From: a virus | Lineage: Duplodnaviria; Caudoviricetes | Virus record (IMG/VR): IMGVR_UViG_3300008459_000049 | Coordinates: 1 to 58,780 of that record | Reading direction: 5' to 3' (one strand) | DNA length: 58,780 bases | In this document: positions 39,758 through 48,351 of the stretch, one piece after another | Layout of the letters: the number at the start of each line of letters is the position of its first letter | Position numbering within the stretch: the stretch's first letter is position 1 | Made by a program: the position numbers and the translations under genes | The notes under the pieces: generated by a model | Seen by the model: the letters and a program-made list of their open reading frames with translations, nothing else | What the model was told of the DNA's origin: nothing | The model's database searches: none

Positions 39758-39973
39758 TTATTTAGTCAAACATTGTACTGCAAATATATCTTCGTCTGGA
39801 TTTGCTGCAAGAACCTTACAGACATAATTGTTTATTATGTTCTTTTCTACGTATTCTACTTTTTTAGAGTTAGCATAAGCTGCTGATCCAGCTAGCAAAC
39901 AAGCAACTAAAATAACTACTGTCCATAACTTTTTTTTTGATTTTGGTTCTTGAGCCGTTTTATTTTTTACCAT
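39758..39973 (-). CDS. Small exported protein
   Basis: Basic N-terminus, hydrophobic stretch, AYA cleavage-like site and a Cys pair. AAGGAG RBS. Confidence 0.6.
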   Translation of the reverse strand: MVKNKTAQEPKSKKKLWTVVILVACLLAGSAAYANSKKVEYVEKNIINNYVCKVLAANPDEDIFAVQCLTK

Positions 39974-40002
39974 GACTACTCTCCTTAAATTAAGTAGTCA
40001 TG

Positions 40003-40188
40003 TTAATTTGGTAAAGCAGGTAAATTTGGTAAATCAGGTAATTTGCTATTTTCTTGTTTTTGACAATTTTTTTCTACACCAACAACCCTCTGAGAGATAA
40101 TTTTATATGTTCCGTCTGGCTTGTATTCAACTTCATTGCAGACATTTAAACAATTTATTATTAAACAGATGATTGTTGTAGTTGGCAC
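40003..40188 (-). CDS. Hypothetical small protein
   Basis: 61-aa ORF (GTG start) with LPDLPNLPALPN repeats at the C-terminus. Confidence 0.4.
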   Translation of the reverse strand: MPTTTIICLIINCLNVCNEVEYKPDGTYKIISQRVVGVEKNCQKQENSKLPDLPNLPALPN

Positions 40189-40306
40189 TTCATTTCTTTC
40201 ACAAAAAAAACACGTTTTTATTAGGAACGTGTAAACCTACTGTTATCGTACGTCTAACAGCAAATATCATTATTTGGTAAATGACCAAGGTTAACGACAG
40301 ACCTTT

Positions 40307-40381
40307 TGGAGCGGGTGATCGGATTTGAACCGACAACAAACAGTTTGGAAAACTGTGACTCTACCGTTGAGCTACACCCGC
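40307..40381 (-). tRNA. tRNA-Gly(UCC)
   Basis: GCGGGTGTAGCTCAACGGTAGAGTCACAGTTTTCCAAACTGTTTGTTGTCGGTTCAAATCCGATCACCCGCTCCA. Canonical cloverleaf with encoded CCA. Confidence 0.95.
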
Positions 40382-40387
40382 ATTTTA

Positions 40388-40633
40388 TTACTTAGCGTTT
40401 TTCCAAATTTCTTCTATTTCACGAAGAATTTGCTTATTAAATGAAACACTAGTTACAGTACCTGTACTGGTTGATACGTCAGTTGACGTTTCAGTTTGAT
40501 CTTCTACAACCACTTCGCTTCCTGTTTCTGTTGAAGTTTCAGTCATGGTTGTTTGATCAACAGTTGGATCGTTCACGCAACCAGCAAAAAACGCTAGAGC
40601 ACTTGCTACTGCAATTACAATTACACTTCTCAT
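40388..40633 (-). CDS. Putative lipoprotein, Thr/Ser-rich
   Basis: Signal peptide ending FFAGC (lipobox-like), followed by a low-complexity T/S/E segment. Confidence 0.65.
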   Translation of the reverse strand: MRSVIVIAVASALAFFAGCVNDPTVDQTTMTETSTETGSEVVVEDQTETSTDVSTSTGTVTSVSFNKQILREIEEIWKNAK

Positions 40634-40651
40634 TACATTTATCCTTTGTCG

Positions 40652-40840
40652 TTATTCGACAGCTATAATGTCCTCAGTTTTCATAAGGACTTTTAGTACG
40701 TCATCCAATGACGGCGAGGATGTTTCTTCTACAGACACGGTTGATTCACAATAATTTATCTCTTCGTTTTGATCGCTGTTATTGAAGTTACTAACACAAG
40801 CCGTACAAATTACTGACAATACAAAAATAATATTTTTCAT
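40652..40840 (-). CDS. Putative small lipoprotein
   Basis: MKNIIFVLSVICTAC, lipobox-like. Confidence 0.5.
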   Translation of the reverse strand: MKNIIFVLSVICTACVSNFNNSDQNEEINYCESTVSVEETSSPSLDDVLKVLMKTEDIIAVE

Positions 40841-40843
40841 AGT

Positions 40844-41446
40844 TTACTCGATAATTTTATCTACAAGACCATACTTCAAACAAGTTTTTGAATCTAGATA
40901 TATATCTCGTTTTAAAATTTCTTTCAAAATATTTTTTGGAATTTTTGTATATTTTGTATAAATTTCATTTATTGCATCCATCATAATATTACAATTATGC
41001 ATATCATCTTTCATTTCTTCAAACTTACCCCACATACCACCAGACAATTGATGAATTAGCATAAAAGAATGTTTTGTTATAAACCTTTGTTTAGCAACAA
41101 CACTCATTAGTGTAGCTGCACTTGCAGCTGAACCTTCTACTATTGAATAGACTGGAAATTGTTCTTTGCTTAAGAGATCAAGTGTTGCAAAACAATCAAG
41201 TAGACTACCGCCATTACTATTAATATGTAAATTAATATTTGGATTAAAGTCTGGATAATTATATCCGCATTTGATTACTTGAAATTCTGATCTAAGTGAA
41301 TGAATTTTTTTATTTAAATCTAAAATAGATTTTTTAGAAACTGATGTGTAAAAAAAGATATCATTACTGTTTTCTTCTAGATCATTTGATTCGTCACTTT
41401 CTTCGTCTAATTTAATTGGTTGCACATTTAATTGAAATTTATTCAT
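40844..41446 (-). CDS. ClpP-like (S14) serine protease
   Basis: INLHINSNGGS, GSAASAATL, FMLIHQ and RDIYLDS..CLKYGLVD motifs. Confidence 0.88.
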   Translation of the reverse strand: MNKFQLNVQPIKLDEESDESNDLEENSNDIFFYTSVSKKSILDLNKKIHSLRSEFQVIKCGYNYPDFNPNINLHINSNGGSLLDCFATLDLLSKEQFPVYSIVEGSAASAATLMSVVAKQRFITKHSFMLIHQLSGGMWGKFEEMKDDMHNCNIMMDAINEIYTKYTKIPKNILKEILKRDIYLDSKTCLKYGLVDKIIE

Positions 41447-41455
41447 GTGTCACCA

Positions 41456-41689
41456 TTATTTCTTAGTTTTCTTTGAATTAGTTTTTTGTTTTTCTTTTGG
41501 TGAATCATCAGCTACAACTAGCCTACTTTTTACAACATACAGCGTGCCACCGGCACCGCAACGCTTAACTTTGACTTGTAGAGTACCAGAAGAATCACCC
41601 AGCAGCAAGGCTTTTTTTAGGGAGGATGCCTCTTCGTAAGAAGAAAAATAACGTTCGTTTTTCCATGGATTACCAGTTAGTTGGTGCAT
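41456..41689 (-). CDS. Hypothetical protein
   Basis: 77 aa with AAGGAG RBS. TTGACA-17-TATAAA promoter at 41717-41745. Confidence 0.65.
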   Translation of the reverse strand: MHQLTGNPWKNERYFSSYEEASSLKKALLLGDSSGTLQVKVKRCGAGGTLYVVKSRLVVADDSPKEKQKTNSKKTKK

Positions 41690-41731
41690 GTTGTCTCCTT
41701 TGACGCTCTAGAAACATTTATACATCAAATT

Positions 41732-41950
41732 TTATTCTTTGTCAAGCTCAATATTTTCTGTTGGCTCTGTTTGACATATACAATAATTTCTAGAAAGCTC
41801 TTCAACTAATTTCCTAGGATAACATTTTTGCCTACAATCTGTTAAATGTTGCTGTATTTTATCTGAGTCTTTTTTAATTATAAAAGCTATTCCAGTAAAA
41901 ACTAGAATAGCTAATAATATAACAATTGTATTTTTTATTCGGTCACTCAT
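41732..41950 (-). CDS. Small membrane-anchored Cys-containing protein
   Basis: N-terminal TM helix, CxxxC..CxC. Confidence 0.6.
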   Translation of the reverse strand: MSDRIKNTIVILLAILVFTGIAFIIKKDSDKIQQHLTDCRQKCYPRKLVEELSRNYCICQTEPTENIELDKE

Positions 41951-42007
41951 GCCCTTTCCACCTCAATATAAATAGTCAGATTAGCGAAAAGGAACAGAGC
42001 AAGAAAA

Positions 42008-42595
42008 TTAAGCAACCGGAAGTGATTGTTCTAATAATTTTTTAGCAACTTCAGAATATGCCATACGTTGTTCTAAGTGTAGTTTTGCTTCGCCATTAAC
42101 TCGACGTGTTATTTCACTTAAATTCCAAGCGTCAGCTAGAGGTAACAGTCCACGGTCTTTAAAATATTGACAAGCAACTTTAACTGCTACTTCTGGTGTA
42201 GCTGCTAGTTCTGGGTTGGCTATTAAATCAATTCCAAGTTTTTTACTATAATCTGCATAATTTGCACGACCAGTTAATTGTAAAATTCCACGTCCAATAA
42301 ATTTTGGACCATCACCTTTTTGGTTATTTCCTAAATTTTTTCTACCTTCATATAGTGTTCCAGTAGGTTCATTTGGATCTTTTACATTTCTTTTATTCCA
42401 TTTACTTGGTAATTCTACATCATATTTTAATTCACCAGATTCAACTGCTACTTGTCCAAGAAAAGCAGCCATTCTTTTTGGTGTATCAATAGAATATTGT
42501 GGCCATACTTCATTAAATGCTTTAGTATAAAGTTTAATTTTATCTGGTTTGCAGTTTTTAAATATTTTTTTTAATTGTTCTTCTGTTATAAGCAT
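42008..42595 (-). CDS. GH19 (chitinase-like) endolysin
   Basis: RMAAFLGQVAVESG, YEGRKNLGN..GDG.KFIGRGILQLTGRANY and ITRRVNG motifs. Confidence 0.9.
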   Translation of the reverse strand: MLITEEQLKKIFKNCKPDKIKLYTKAFNEVWPQYSIDTPKRMAAFLGQVAVESGELKYDVELPSKWNKRNVKDPNEPTGTLYEGRKNLGNNQKGDGPKFIGRGILQLTGRANYADYSKKLGIDLIANPELAATPEVAVKVACQYFKDRGLLPLADAWNLSEITRRVNGEAKLHLEQRMAYSEVAKKLLEQSLPVA

Positions 42596-42603
42596 TTTTT
42601 CTC

Positions 42604-44499
42604 CTATACTCCCGTTGCACCAGTAAGTATGCTTTTTGCTAAATTAGATAATTCTATTCTTTCCTTCAATGCACGTTCTCCACCATTAATTGCTATTGAT
42701 ATAGAAACTATATCCCAATTATCTGCGTATGTTAGCATTTTTTGAGATCTTCCGTTGAGTCCCCAAACTTCACACGAAGCAAGAATTGAAACTCTTAAAT
42801 CACTTGCTACTAGATCTGGGTTAGTTACTATGTCTATGTTTTTATCAATTTTTTGCAAAAGATTATTTACTTTTGTATAATTATCCCTTCCAGTTATTTG
42901 AAGTAATCCTCTGCCTTTATATTTAGGGCCATCACCAGGTTCTGTATTTCCTAGTCCTTTTTCTCTACCTTCATATAAAGTTCCAACTGGTTCGCTTGGG
43001 TCATTTATATTTTTTTTATTATATTTACTTGGCAACTCTGTAAGATATTTAAATCTAGATTCTGCGCCAGCTTGTCCTATAAACGCTGCAACCCTAAATG
43101 GGGTATTTATACCATATAGTGGTAAAATTGCATTTAAAGACTCAGTATAAAAACTTATTGTTTGTGAAGATAATTCTGGAAACATTTTTTTAAATTGTTT
43201 TTCTGTTATTAATTTATTATTGTTTGCTGACGCTGATTTAAATATCGCATCAATACCAGCTCCCAAAAAAGCTCTAGCAGTATTAACCGCACCAACAACA
43301 CCAGAAAGAGTCTGGCTCATAGGATTAGCTTGTTGACCAACAACATTTAAAATTCTTCCACCAGTAAAATTTGATAAGTTTTCAAAAGTAACTTCTACTA
43401 TTGCTCCTACTTGTATATCTTGAAAAGCTGGAAACAATGGATCATATACAAAATCTGGATATATGTCTATTATTTTTACATCATTTTCATTAGTATCAAA
43501 ACTTGAAGGTATTGGAAGTGTTAAATGAACTTCTGGTATTCTAACTTTACATTTAATAACATCGTTACCTAATAACCTTCCAAGAAAAGATACTGAGTCT
43601 GTGCTTTCTTTATCGGCAGTAATTTTTTGCACCCTTAATACTTGTCCTTTAAAATTATCTATACCTTCTAATGTATTATTTTTATATAATATATTTTGAG
43701 CTGCGTATGCAATAACTCCATTAATTGTTGTTGTTTTTCTATCTAATGTTGGCCCTAATTTATCTATAGATGAATAATTTTGTCTTCTTTCAAAATCACC
43801 AATAGGTATTGGTTTAGGAGGTATAATTGGAACAGAAGAAATAGGTGGATTTCCAAACTGAGGCTGTACGCCAGGACTTATCACTGATGTAGCTTGAATT
43901 GTATTTTTTTTTGGATCATCAACTGGTTTAGCAATTTCCGCTTCAAATAATTGTAAAAATTTTGCTGGTGCTTCAATGTGAATCCAATCAGTTAATTCAG
44001 CTTTTCCTCCTTTTTCAATAACTTGCTTTCCGAAGACTGGTTGGTTTTCGCCTAATTTTTTATTTTTTCCTCCCCATTGTGAGGGATTATATGTCATTCT
44101 TATTCTTGATGCTACACTTTCAAAACGTTCAAGATTAGGATGTACAGATGGATCAATTAAACCAATATATGAATATTCGTCTGATATTTCATCTCTTATA
44201 TCTTGTCCTCCTCCTGAAAAACCAAGGACTTTTATATCGGATATTTCTATATTATATTGTTTTGCTGTATTTTGTCCTATAGAGATACATTCCTTAATTG
44301 AAGGAGTCATTCCATGATTTTTATAAATTATTATAACTTTTTGTTTTAAAGAAGCTGGTGTGAATTTTTCCATTCCAACTTTATCAGCGTTAGCGACAGA
44401 AGTGACACCACTAACAAAAATAACAAGTGGTATTTTTGAAAATGTATTTTCTGGAAATGTAATTATTACATTATTTTTTATTTCTTTTTTAAATGCCAT
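42604..44499 (-). CDS. Three-domain lysin: alpha/beta-hydrolase-like, gp5N-like (paralog of 21929-23164 N-terminus), GH19
   Basis: VLGFSGGG nucleophile elbow with LIDPS and a later His. Central DKLGPTLDRKTTT..FKGQVLR..KVRIPEV..YPDFVY. C-terminal AAFIGQAGAES..GDGPKYKGRGLLQITGRDNY. Confidence 0.78.
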   Translation of the reverse strand: MAFKKEIKNNVIITFPENTFSKIPLVIFVSGVTSVANADKVGMEKFTPASLKQKVIIIYKNHGMTPSIKECISIGQNTAKQYNIEISDIKVLGFSGGGQDIRDEISDEYSYIGLIDPSVHPNLERFESVASRIRMTYNPSQWGGKNKKLGENQPVFGKQVIEKGGKAELTDWIHIEAPAKFLQLFEAEIAKPVDDPKKNTIQATSVISPGVQPQFGNPPISSVPIIPPKPIPIGDFERRQNYSSIDKLGPTLDRKTTTINGVIAYAAQNILYKNNTLEGIDNFKGQVLRVQKITADKESTDSVSFLGRLLGNDVIKCKVRIPEVHLTLPIPSSFDTNENDVKIIDIYPDFVYDPLFPAFQDIQVGAIVEVTFENLSNFTGGRILNVVGQQANPMSQTLSGVVGAVNTARAFLGAGIDAIFKSASANNNKLITEKQFKKMFPELSSQTISFYTESLNAILPLYGINTPFRVAAFIGQAGAESRFKYLTELPSKYNKKNINDPSEPVGTLYEGREKGLGNTEPGDGPKYKGRGLLQITGRDNYTKVNNLLQKIDKNIDIVTNPDLVASDLRVSILASCEVWGLNGRSQKMLTYADNWDIVSISIAINGGERALKERIELSNLAKSILTGATGV

Positions 44500-44851
44500 C
44501 TTCTTGTTTTTTACTTATAAGATTTTCTACTGTTTTATATTTTCTTGATAAAATAAAAGCTCTTGACATATCAATTCCAAGAAATCTACTAAGCTCTCCT
44601 TGGTCTTCTGATATAGATACTCCAAATTTTAGTACTGATTCTTTAATAATATTGTCTAACATTCTCCAAATGGGAAACCCAGAAACAACTGTTCCAAGGG
44701 ATCTATATGCAACTTCTAATTTAAGAGCAATAATATCTTCTAATGATATTTGACCTAATAATAGTTCAAAATAATCATTACTTTTATTTTCTTCTCTTAA
44801 TTTTTTAGAGATAGAATATGGTTTAAATTTTTTATATTTTCTTCGTGTCAT
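44489..44851 (-). CDS. Hypothetical protein, possible C-terminal HTH
   Basis: 120 aa. The ELSRFLGID segment resembles a Fis-type HTH. Confidence 0.45.
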   Translation of the reverse strand: MTRRKYKKFKPYSISKKLREENKSNDYFELLLGQISLEDIIALKLEVAYRSLGTVVSGFPIWRMLDNIIKESVLKFGVSISEDQGELSRFLGIDMSRAFILSRKYKTVENLISKKQEDGI

Positions 44852-45119
44852 TATAGATTCCTAGTAGTGCATACCCAGCAATATCTTTCCAAGGGCTTTC
44901 TCCAAAGGCATCTTTTTTTGTAGCTATACGAAATAATTTATCAATTACTCTAATAATAGCAAGAGCGTCCGTATACTGTTCTGGTTTAATACCTTCAGGA
45001 TATAGGACGCTCAAGATTTTATGACATTCTGAAAAAGAATTGCCATATGCAGCATTTTTTTCGTCTACTAATTTACCAATTTCTTTAGCTAATTTTTCAT
45101 ATTTGTTTGAATTTTCCAT
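44832..45119 (-). CDS. DUF1599 / nucleotide-modification-associated domain 1-like protein
   Basis: KNAAYGNSF..IRVIDKLFRI..ESPWKDIAGYALL pattern. Confidence 0.65.
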   Translation of the reverse strand: MENSNKYEKLAKEIGKLVDEKNAAYGNSFSECHKILSVLYPEGIKPEQYTDALAIIRVIDKLFRIATKKDAFGESPWKDIAGYALLGIYNDTKKI

Positions 45120-45149
45120 GGTCAGACTATAGCATGGACTCTATATTTT

Positions 45150-45398
45150 TTAAACCTGCTTCTTTTTTTTACTGGCCTTAACTTCGTCTTGAACTTCTTG
45201 TACTGTGTCTTCAACTACATCTTCTTGTTTTTGTTCTACAGTTTCTTCTTTTATTACTATTGGTTCTTCTTTTACTATTAACTTTTTTTGAACTTCTTGC
45301 TTTACTTCTACTGGTTTTTCAGTAACTGCTACTGGTTCGGCAATTAGTTTATTAAGCATTTCTATTCTTGCAAATTTTTTACGTTTATGAGCGTTCAT
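45150..45398 (-). CDS. Hypothetical charged low-complexity protein
   Basis: 82-aa E/K/V-rich ORF with AAGGA RBS. Confidence 0.55.
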   Translation of the reverse strand: MNAHKRKKFARIEMLNKLIAEPVAVTEKPVEVKQEVQKKLIVKEEPIVIKEETVEQKQEDVVEDTVQEVQDEVKASKKKKQV

Positions 45399-45417
45399 AT
45401 GATATTCCTTTCTTATT

Positions 45418-46311
45418 TTATAATTCCGGAGCTGGTTCTTCTAATGAGCCTTCTTCGCCACCAGCAGTTGGTTCTTCAGCTGGAACCCCAGCTGCTGCTT
45501 CTCCGGAAGAAGCATTTAATTCGCCTTCTTTTCTGCTCTTTTCATCTTCGTATTCGGCAGTTGTTGGCTCAGGAACAGAAATTTGAAGTTCGTCTTCAAA
45601 CTTGTCAAAATATAATTTAAGGTTCGTTATAAGATAATCGTAAAATAAATTACGGTCTTCTTCGTTGGCTAATAATGAATATGCTTCACGAATTTGTTTT
45701 TCTACACGTTTAAATGATTGTAGAGCAATATTACGACCAGTTTCATCTTCGCCTTCAATTGGTACGAATTTTTCTTCTGGCTTTTCTGATTTTACTTCTT
45801 TCTCTTTTGATACTTCTTCTTTTTCTTTACGATCAGCTTTAAGAGGGATAAATTGTGGATCTTTCTCGGCATCACTAATTTTTACATTTACGCCTTCTTC
45901 ATCTCCTTCCTCTTTTAATTCAACTGGAGCGGAAGTTGGTTCTTCGGCAGATTGCTGTTCTGGCTTACCAGCAAAACCACCGGCTTTAAACATAAGAGCA
46001 ACAGGAGAAAGTAAGTTTTGAACGCTTTTTATAATATGCGCCCTAAATGATTTTCTTTGTTGGACATCAGTTCCTAATTTTTTATAATATGATTTTAATA
46101 TAGGAACAACTGTTTCTAATAGATCAGCAAGGACGTTGATGCCGGTAGACTCATGAGAAATAACATCATCAGATTCTTTAATAATTTGACGAATCATTTT
46201 TCTTAGTTTATATTCATTTAAAAAATTTTCTTTTAATTCTTGTTTTTGTTTTTTCTTTTCTAATCTAAGAAAATTTTTTATGTGTTCTCTTAATAAATTA
46301 ATTTCGTTCAT
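45418..46311 (-). CDS. Hypothetical acidic protein, candidate head-internal protein
   Basis: 297 aa with several L/I-x-E motifs in the N-terminus and an acidic tail. Confidence 0.55.
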   Translation of the reverse strand: MNEINLLREHIKNFLRLEKKKQKQELKENFLNEYKLRKMIRQIIKESDDVISHESTGINVLADLLETVVPILKSYYKKLGTDVQQRKSFRAHIIKSVQNLLSPVALMFKAGGFAGKPEQQSAEEPTSAPVELKEEGDEEGVNVKISDAEKDPQFIPLKADRKEKEEVSKEKEVKSEKPEEKFVPIEGEDETGRNIALQSFKRVEKQIREAYSLLANEEDRNLFYDYLITNLKLYFDKFEDELQISVPEPTTAEYEDEKSRKEGELNASSGEAAAGVPAEEPTAGGEEGSLEEPAPEL

Positions 46312-46565
46312 TTTTTTTCCTCTTGTTTTTTCTTAATTAGTGGTCCACTATATCCAACGGCACTAGCTGCTACACTCATCTCTTCTAGTTCTTCTTCTTT
46401 TACATGTTTAAAATATTGTACTTGTTTCTCTCGTTTTTTTGCACCGCTTCTGCTGCGGTAACATCCTAAATTTCTACCGCTTTTAGCGACCAGACAAAAT
46501 TTATTACCACGTTTTTTTATTGTTTCTTGTAATATTTCTGTTATAATATTATCTATGCTGTTCAT
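46308..46565 (-). CDS. Small basic hypothetical protein
   Basis: 85 aa, ETIKKRGNKFCLVAKSGRNLGCY..AKKREKQVQYFKH. Confidence 0.65.
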   Translation of the reverse strand: MNSIDNIITEILQETIKKRGNKFCLVAKSGRNLGCYRSRSGAKKREKQVQYFKHVKEEELEEMSVAASAVGYSGPLIKKKQEEKK

Positions 46566-46696
46566 TTTTTTGTATCAACATATACCGTATAAGGTTTATT
46601 AGATGGAATAGACAACGGACCAGGAATAGTTACAATTTTTATTTTATTGTTTACTGTGGTGGATTGATTAGTATCAACTATAAATTCTCTTGGCAT
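46562..46696 (-). CDS. Small hypothetical protein (44 aa)
   Basis: MPREFIVDTNQ...VDTKK*. Fills the gap with an ATGA overlap. Confidence 0.45.
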   Translation of the reverse strand: MPREFIVDTNQSTTVNNKIKIVTIPGPLSIPSNKPYTVYVDTKK

Positions 46697-46701
46697 TTAC
46701 T

Positions 46702-47334
46702 TTATCCTTGGGTAAATCTTTTTAGTAATTCTTCATAAACTTCAGTTTCGTGTTGATTCATTCTATCTTTTAATAATCTATCTTTTTTTTGAAATAATTG
46801 TTCATAAGGCATAGAATCTTCTTTTTTTGTTTCTTCTTTTGTATCTTTAACAACAACTTTTTTTGATTCGCTCATAACAATTTTATCCTTTTCTTTTGTT
46901 CTTTCTAATTTTTTGCCATCACACCAATCACGGAAAATCATATTTCCTCGCTCAAAAGCTTCACGTTCCATTTCACGAAGTCCTTCGTCATGCGAAGCAT
47001 AAGCTGGATCGCTAGCTGTCTTACTTAAATCTAACCGCTCTGTATCACCTCTACAGTTTTGTTCATGATGAACAAGCTCATGCGCTAACGATCTTAAAAC
47101 ATCCTTTGGGTGTCTCTCTGCTGTATACAAAAATATTTGTTCAGAATGTGGATCATAAAATCCTGTTTTCCCAAATATATCATCAGCATTTTCTAAATCT
47201 TCTTTTAAAAATATTTTTGGTTTTCTATCTATCTTGCGGAGATGCTCACAAGCATAATTATATAATTCTTTTATATATTTTTTTAGCTCATCTTTAGATA
47301 TTTGTTCTGTTAACAAAAACATATATTTTTCCAA
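46702..47334 (-). CDS. Putative zinc metallopeptidase (HExxH)
   Basis: TGFYDP..DVLRSLAHELVHHEQ..EMEREAF. Confidence 0.65.
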   Translation of the reverse strand: MEKYMFLLTEQISKDELKKYIKELYNYACEHLRKIDRKPKIFLKEDLENADDIFGKTGFYDPHSEQIFLYTAERHPKDVLRSLAHELVHHEQNCRGDTERLDLSKTASDPAYASHDEGLREMEREAFERGNMIFRDWCDGKKLERTKEKDKIVMSESKKVVVKDTKEETKKEDSMPYEQLFQKKDRLLKDRMNQHETEVYEELLKRFTQG

Positions 47335-47393
47335 TAAAAAAACTACTTATACCTTTTAGCATAAGTAGTTTCAAAAAATATTAAATGTAAATT

Positions 47394-47531
47394 TTAATAA
47401 ATATCTATTATTAGAACTGTTTCATCTTCTTTTTTTATTTCTTGCTGTTTTTGCAGCCAAAGCTGATATTCATAGCTGTTGTCTGGTAGTTCTAATTGGA
47501 TTTCTGCTAACTCTGAATCTTTATTTTTCAT
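47394..47531 (-). CDS. Small hypothetical protein
   Basis: Start re-placed at MKNKDS after GGAGGA. Confidence 0.55.
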   Translation of the reverse strand: MKNKDSELAEIQLELPDNSYEYQLWLQKQQEIKKEDETVLIIDIY

Positions 47532-47590
47532 GTTAATTCCTCCAAAAAAATACCGCCTATAATATCTAGGCGGCAAAAAAATGAAAGGAA

Positions 47591-47776
47591 TTAAGCTCTC
47601 GGCATAATAGAGTAAAATTTATCTATTCCAAATTTTTCTATAAATTCTTCAAACTGATCAGGATAATCTTTAAGAATATATAATATAACTTGCAATTGCT
47701 TTTGTTTGCTTGCTTTATGCATTAGATATGGAATACTATCCATAAAATTTTGTGATAACGGTGGTTTTTGAGACAT
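47591..47776 (-). CDS. Hypothetical protein
   Basis: 61-aa ORF in the operon. Confidence 0.55.
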   Translation of the reverse strand: MSQKPPLSQNFMDSIPYLMHKASKQKQLQVILYILKDYPDQFEEFIEKFGIDKFYSIMPRA

Positions 47777-47787
47777 ATCTATCCGAT

Positions 47788-48351
47788 TTAAAAAGTATAA
47801 AATTGAAAGTCTATTTTTTCATCAACAAGCCGTTGCCAAACTTTTAATGTTCTATGACAATCAACCAGAGCGGTATGTGTTCTTCCATCAGAAGAAATTT
47901 TATAATGTTCACACAATTTATCCATTGAAGTGCTTTTTATAACTTTTCTTTCAACAAGAGTTTGTGCCATTCTTTTTGTATCTATGTAATTTGGAAATTT
48001 TGGCGGAAGATAATTTAGATTAACAAATGATTGTTTTATAAACCTTAAATCAAAATTAAGATTCTGACCAAGCATTAGATCACAGCTTTCAATAGCAAGA
48101 CGTATTTGTGATACACACTTAGAAAACGGCACAGAACCACGCCATTTATCTTTTGTATATCCATTTATACGCAACGCTTCAGGGCTAGCAGATTCAATTC
48201 TTTGAGGAGCGATAAGAAATTCACGCTCTTCAAGAATTTTTATTGAATTATCTGCTTCGCTTAAATTAACGATTATATATCCTAATTGAATTATTTCATG
48301 TTTTAGGATATCAAGCCCTGTTGTCTCTGTGTCTAATACTATTATTTTCAT
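47788..48351 (-). CDS. DEDDh 3'-5' exonuclease (DnaQ-like)
   Basis: VLDTETTGLD, GQNLNFDL and HTALVDC motifs. Confidence 0.9.
   Translation of the reverse strand: MKIIVLDTETTGLDILKHEIIQLGYIIVNLSEADNSIKILEEREFLIAPQRIESASPEALRINGYTKDKWRGSVPFSKCVSQIRLAIESCDLMLGQNLNFDLRFIKQSFVNLNYLPPKFPNYIDTKRMAQTLVERKVIKSTSMDKLCEHYKISSDGRTHTALVDCHRTLKVWQRLVDEKIDFQFYTF

Noticed and set aside
929-47297. Many plus-strand ORFs of 60-125 aa in the ORF track (e.g. 2748, 10326, 15845, 36748, 45665)
   Set aside because: They are antisense shadows of long minus-strand genes, with Ser/Phe/Leu-rich composition and no recognisable motifs.
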